Source of the DNA: Octopus bimaculoides
Lineage: Eukaryota
Direction: 5' to 3'
Length of the DNA: 64,000 bases
Assembly (NCBI RefSeq): GCF_001194135.2
Contig: NC_068998.1
Span: 19,522,742-19,586,741 of the forward strand
Positions 62,698-64,000 of this stretch are shown in pieces. Within the stretch, counting starts at the first letter, position 1; each line of letters starts with the position of its first letter. The notes under the pieces are model-generated. The model was not told where the DNA came from. It did no database searches and worked only from the letters and a program-made list of their open reading frames with translations. The translations under genes and the position numbers were made by a program.

Positions 62698-64000
62698 ATT
62701 GCCAAAAAGTACTGTTGCCAAAAACAGGGTCACTGTTCAGTCAGCTATATCAAATTGCCAACGTCCAAACAACTTCACCCAGCTACCTCATTTCAACTTT
62801 GGACATGTTTTGGTTTTAGAACTCCTAAGCAAAGAATAGTATGACAAAATTACCAAACTATACAATGATTTTTATGATTATATAGCTTAGGTATGAAAAT
62901 AATTGATGAGGCAATTTGAAATAATGACATTGAAAAATTTTCTAGTAGTGCATGAAGAATGTATACATTCTATGGAATATATAATCACTTAAAAATTATA
63001 TATTCCATAGAAACAACTGCATAAATTATACAAACATGTATGCAATAACAAATTCCTAAACTAACAATTAAGGAGCTGTTAAAACAAAACAACTCCCACA
63101 AGATATATAAAAAAAAAGAAATGAATATTTTTTTAAATTGCAAAATCTAAAATGAATTCTTTTCAATAAATCACTAAAAGAACTATTTTCTGATACTGGC
63201 ATGAATTGCAACTTTAGATAAACTGAGAACTGCCACAAACCCAAATGTATGACTGACAGCTCATATTATCACTGGTATTGCACCATGGTGTTGGCAGACA
63301 CTTCAACTACTTATAACAATGAATTGTAATTTTCCATGGAAGCTATTGTACAACCAAGTGAACAACAAGGAGTGGAAGTATTGTGCAATTAATTGATTAA
63401 ATATTTAGCTTGCAGTACTTATTTCATTCATTCAATGGGAAAATTTAGTAATAACCAAGACAAAAAAACGAAACAAAAGAAATCTGACTGCTGAACATAT
63501 GTAAAACCAAGATTGAAACAACACAAAAGAAAAAAAGAAAAAGAATATTTAAGGCTCATGAAAATATTGAAGTGAAACAATCATCAACATTTTTAATAGA
63601 ATGAGCACACTGAGGTCTACTTTGCTTTTATGCTTTCAGAGCCAACATAAAAGTATCAATCTAGTTCAAATTCATATGGTACTTTGATTCCACTCTGTTG
63701 CAGACATCTGTACCAGGTTTCCAATTTCAGGATACTTTCCTCCCTCCCTCCACTAGTCTAGGAGACCCTGTACAAGGGTCATTAAAGCAACACACCACAT
63801 AATCTCTGCAACAATCTAAATCACCTAGGATTAAAAAAAAAAAAAAAATCAGTAGTTCTTTCAATGTGTTCTCTTAAAATGTGTGTTCTCTTAAAATGTG
63901 AGAAAAATGTTCAAATACAGAGAAAATCATATCTGCAATATCCAGTTCTTAATTAATATAATTTTAAATGTTAAGAAGTTATCTATAGAATAGATTGCAG

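Noticed and set aside
40979-64000. VPS13 exon 1 (MVFES...IWG)
   Set aside because: No matching minus-strand frame found by eye; probably beyond the window or in a gap, so not annotated.

Overview
AT-rich, repeat-dense animal genomic DNA with five assembly gaps. The SINE families resemble those of octopus (taxon is my inference). The host gene is a minus-strand VPS13A/C-type gene. Five short coding exons (40978-40935, 31965-31923, 29729-29634, 22174-22073, 19323-19154) splice in frame into the chorein-N domain. I could not find exon 1 or the exon after 19154, so the flanking introns probably run past both window edges or an exon lies in a gap. Everything else is intronic: several tRNA-derived SINE families, RTE and CR1/L2-group LINE 3' fragments, a near full-length decayed mariner, a DD41D foldback element, piggyBac-like MITEs and micro/minisatellites. 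The most unusual object is a 2.5-kb Mag-like Ty3/gypsy element (7809-10329). It has 114-bp LTRs, gag fused in frame to integrase with no PR-RT-RNase H, and a 5x56-bp leader array that reiterates the LTR-end/tRNA-Ser primer-binding-site junction, giving six PBS copies. It also sits inside a ~115-bp inverted repeat.
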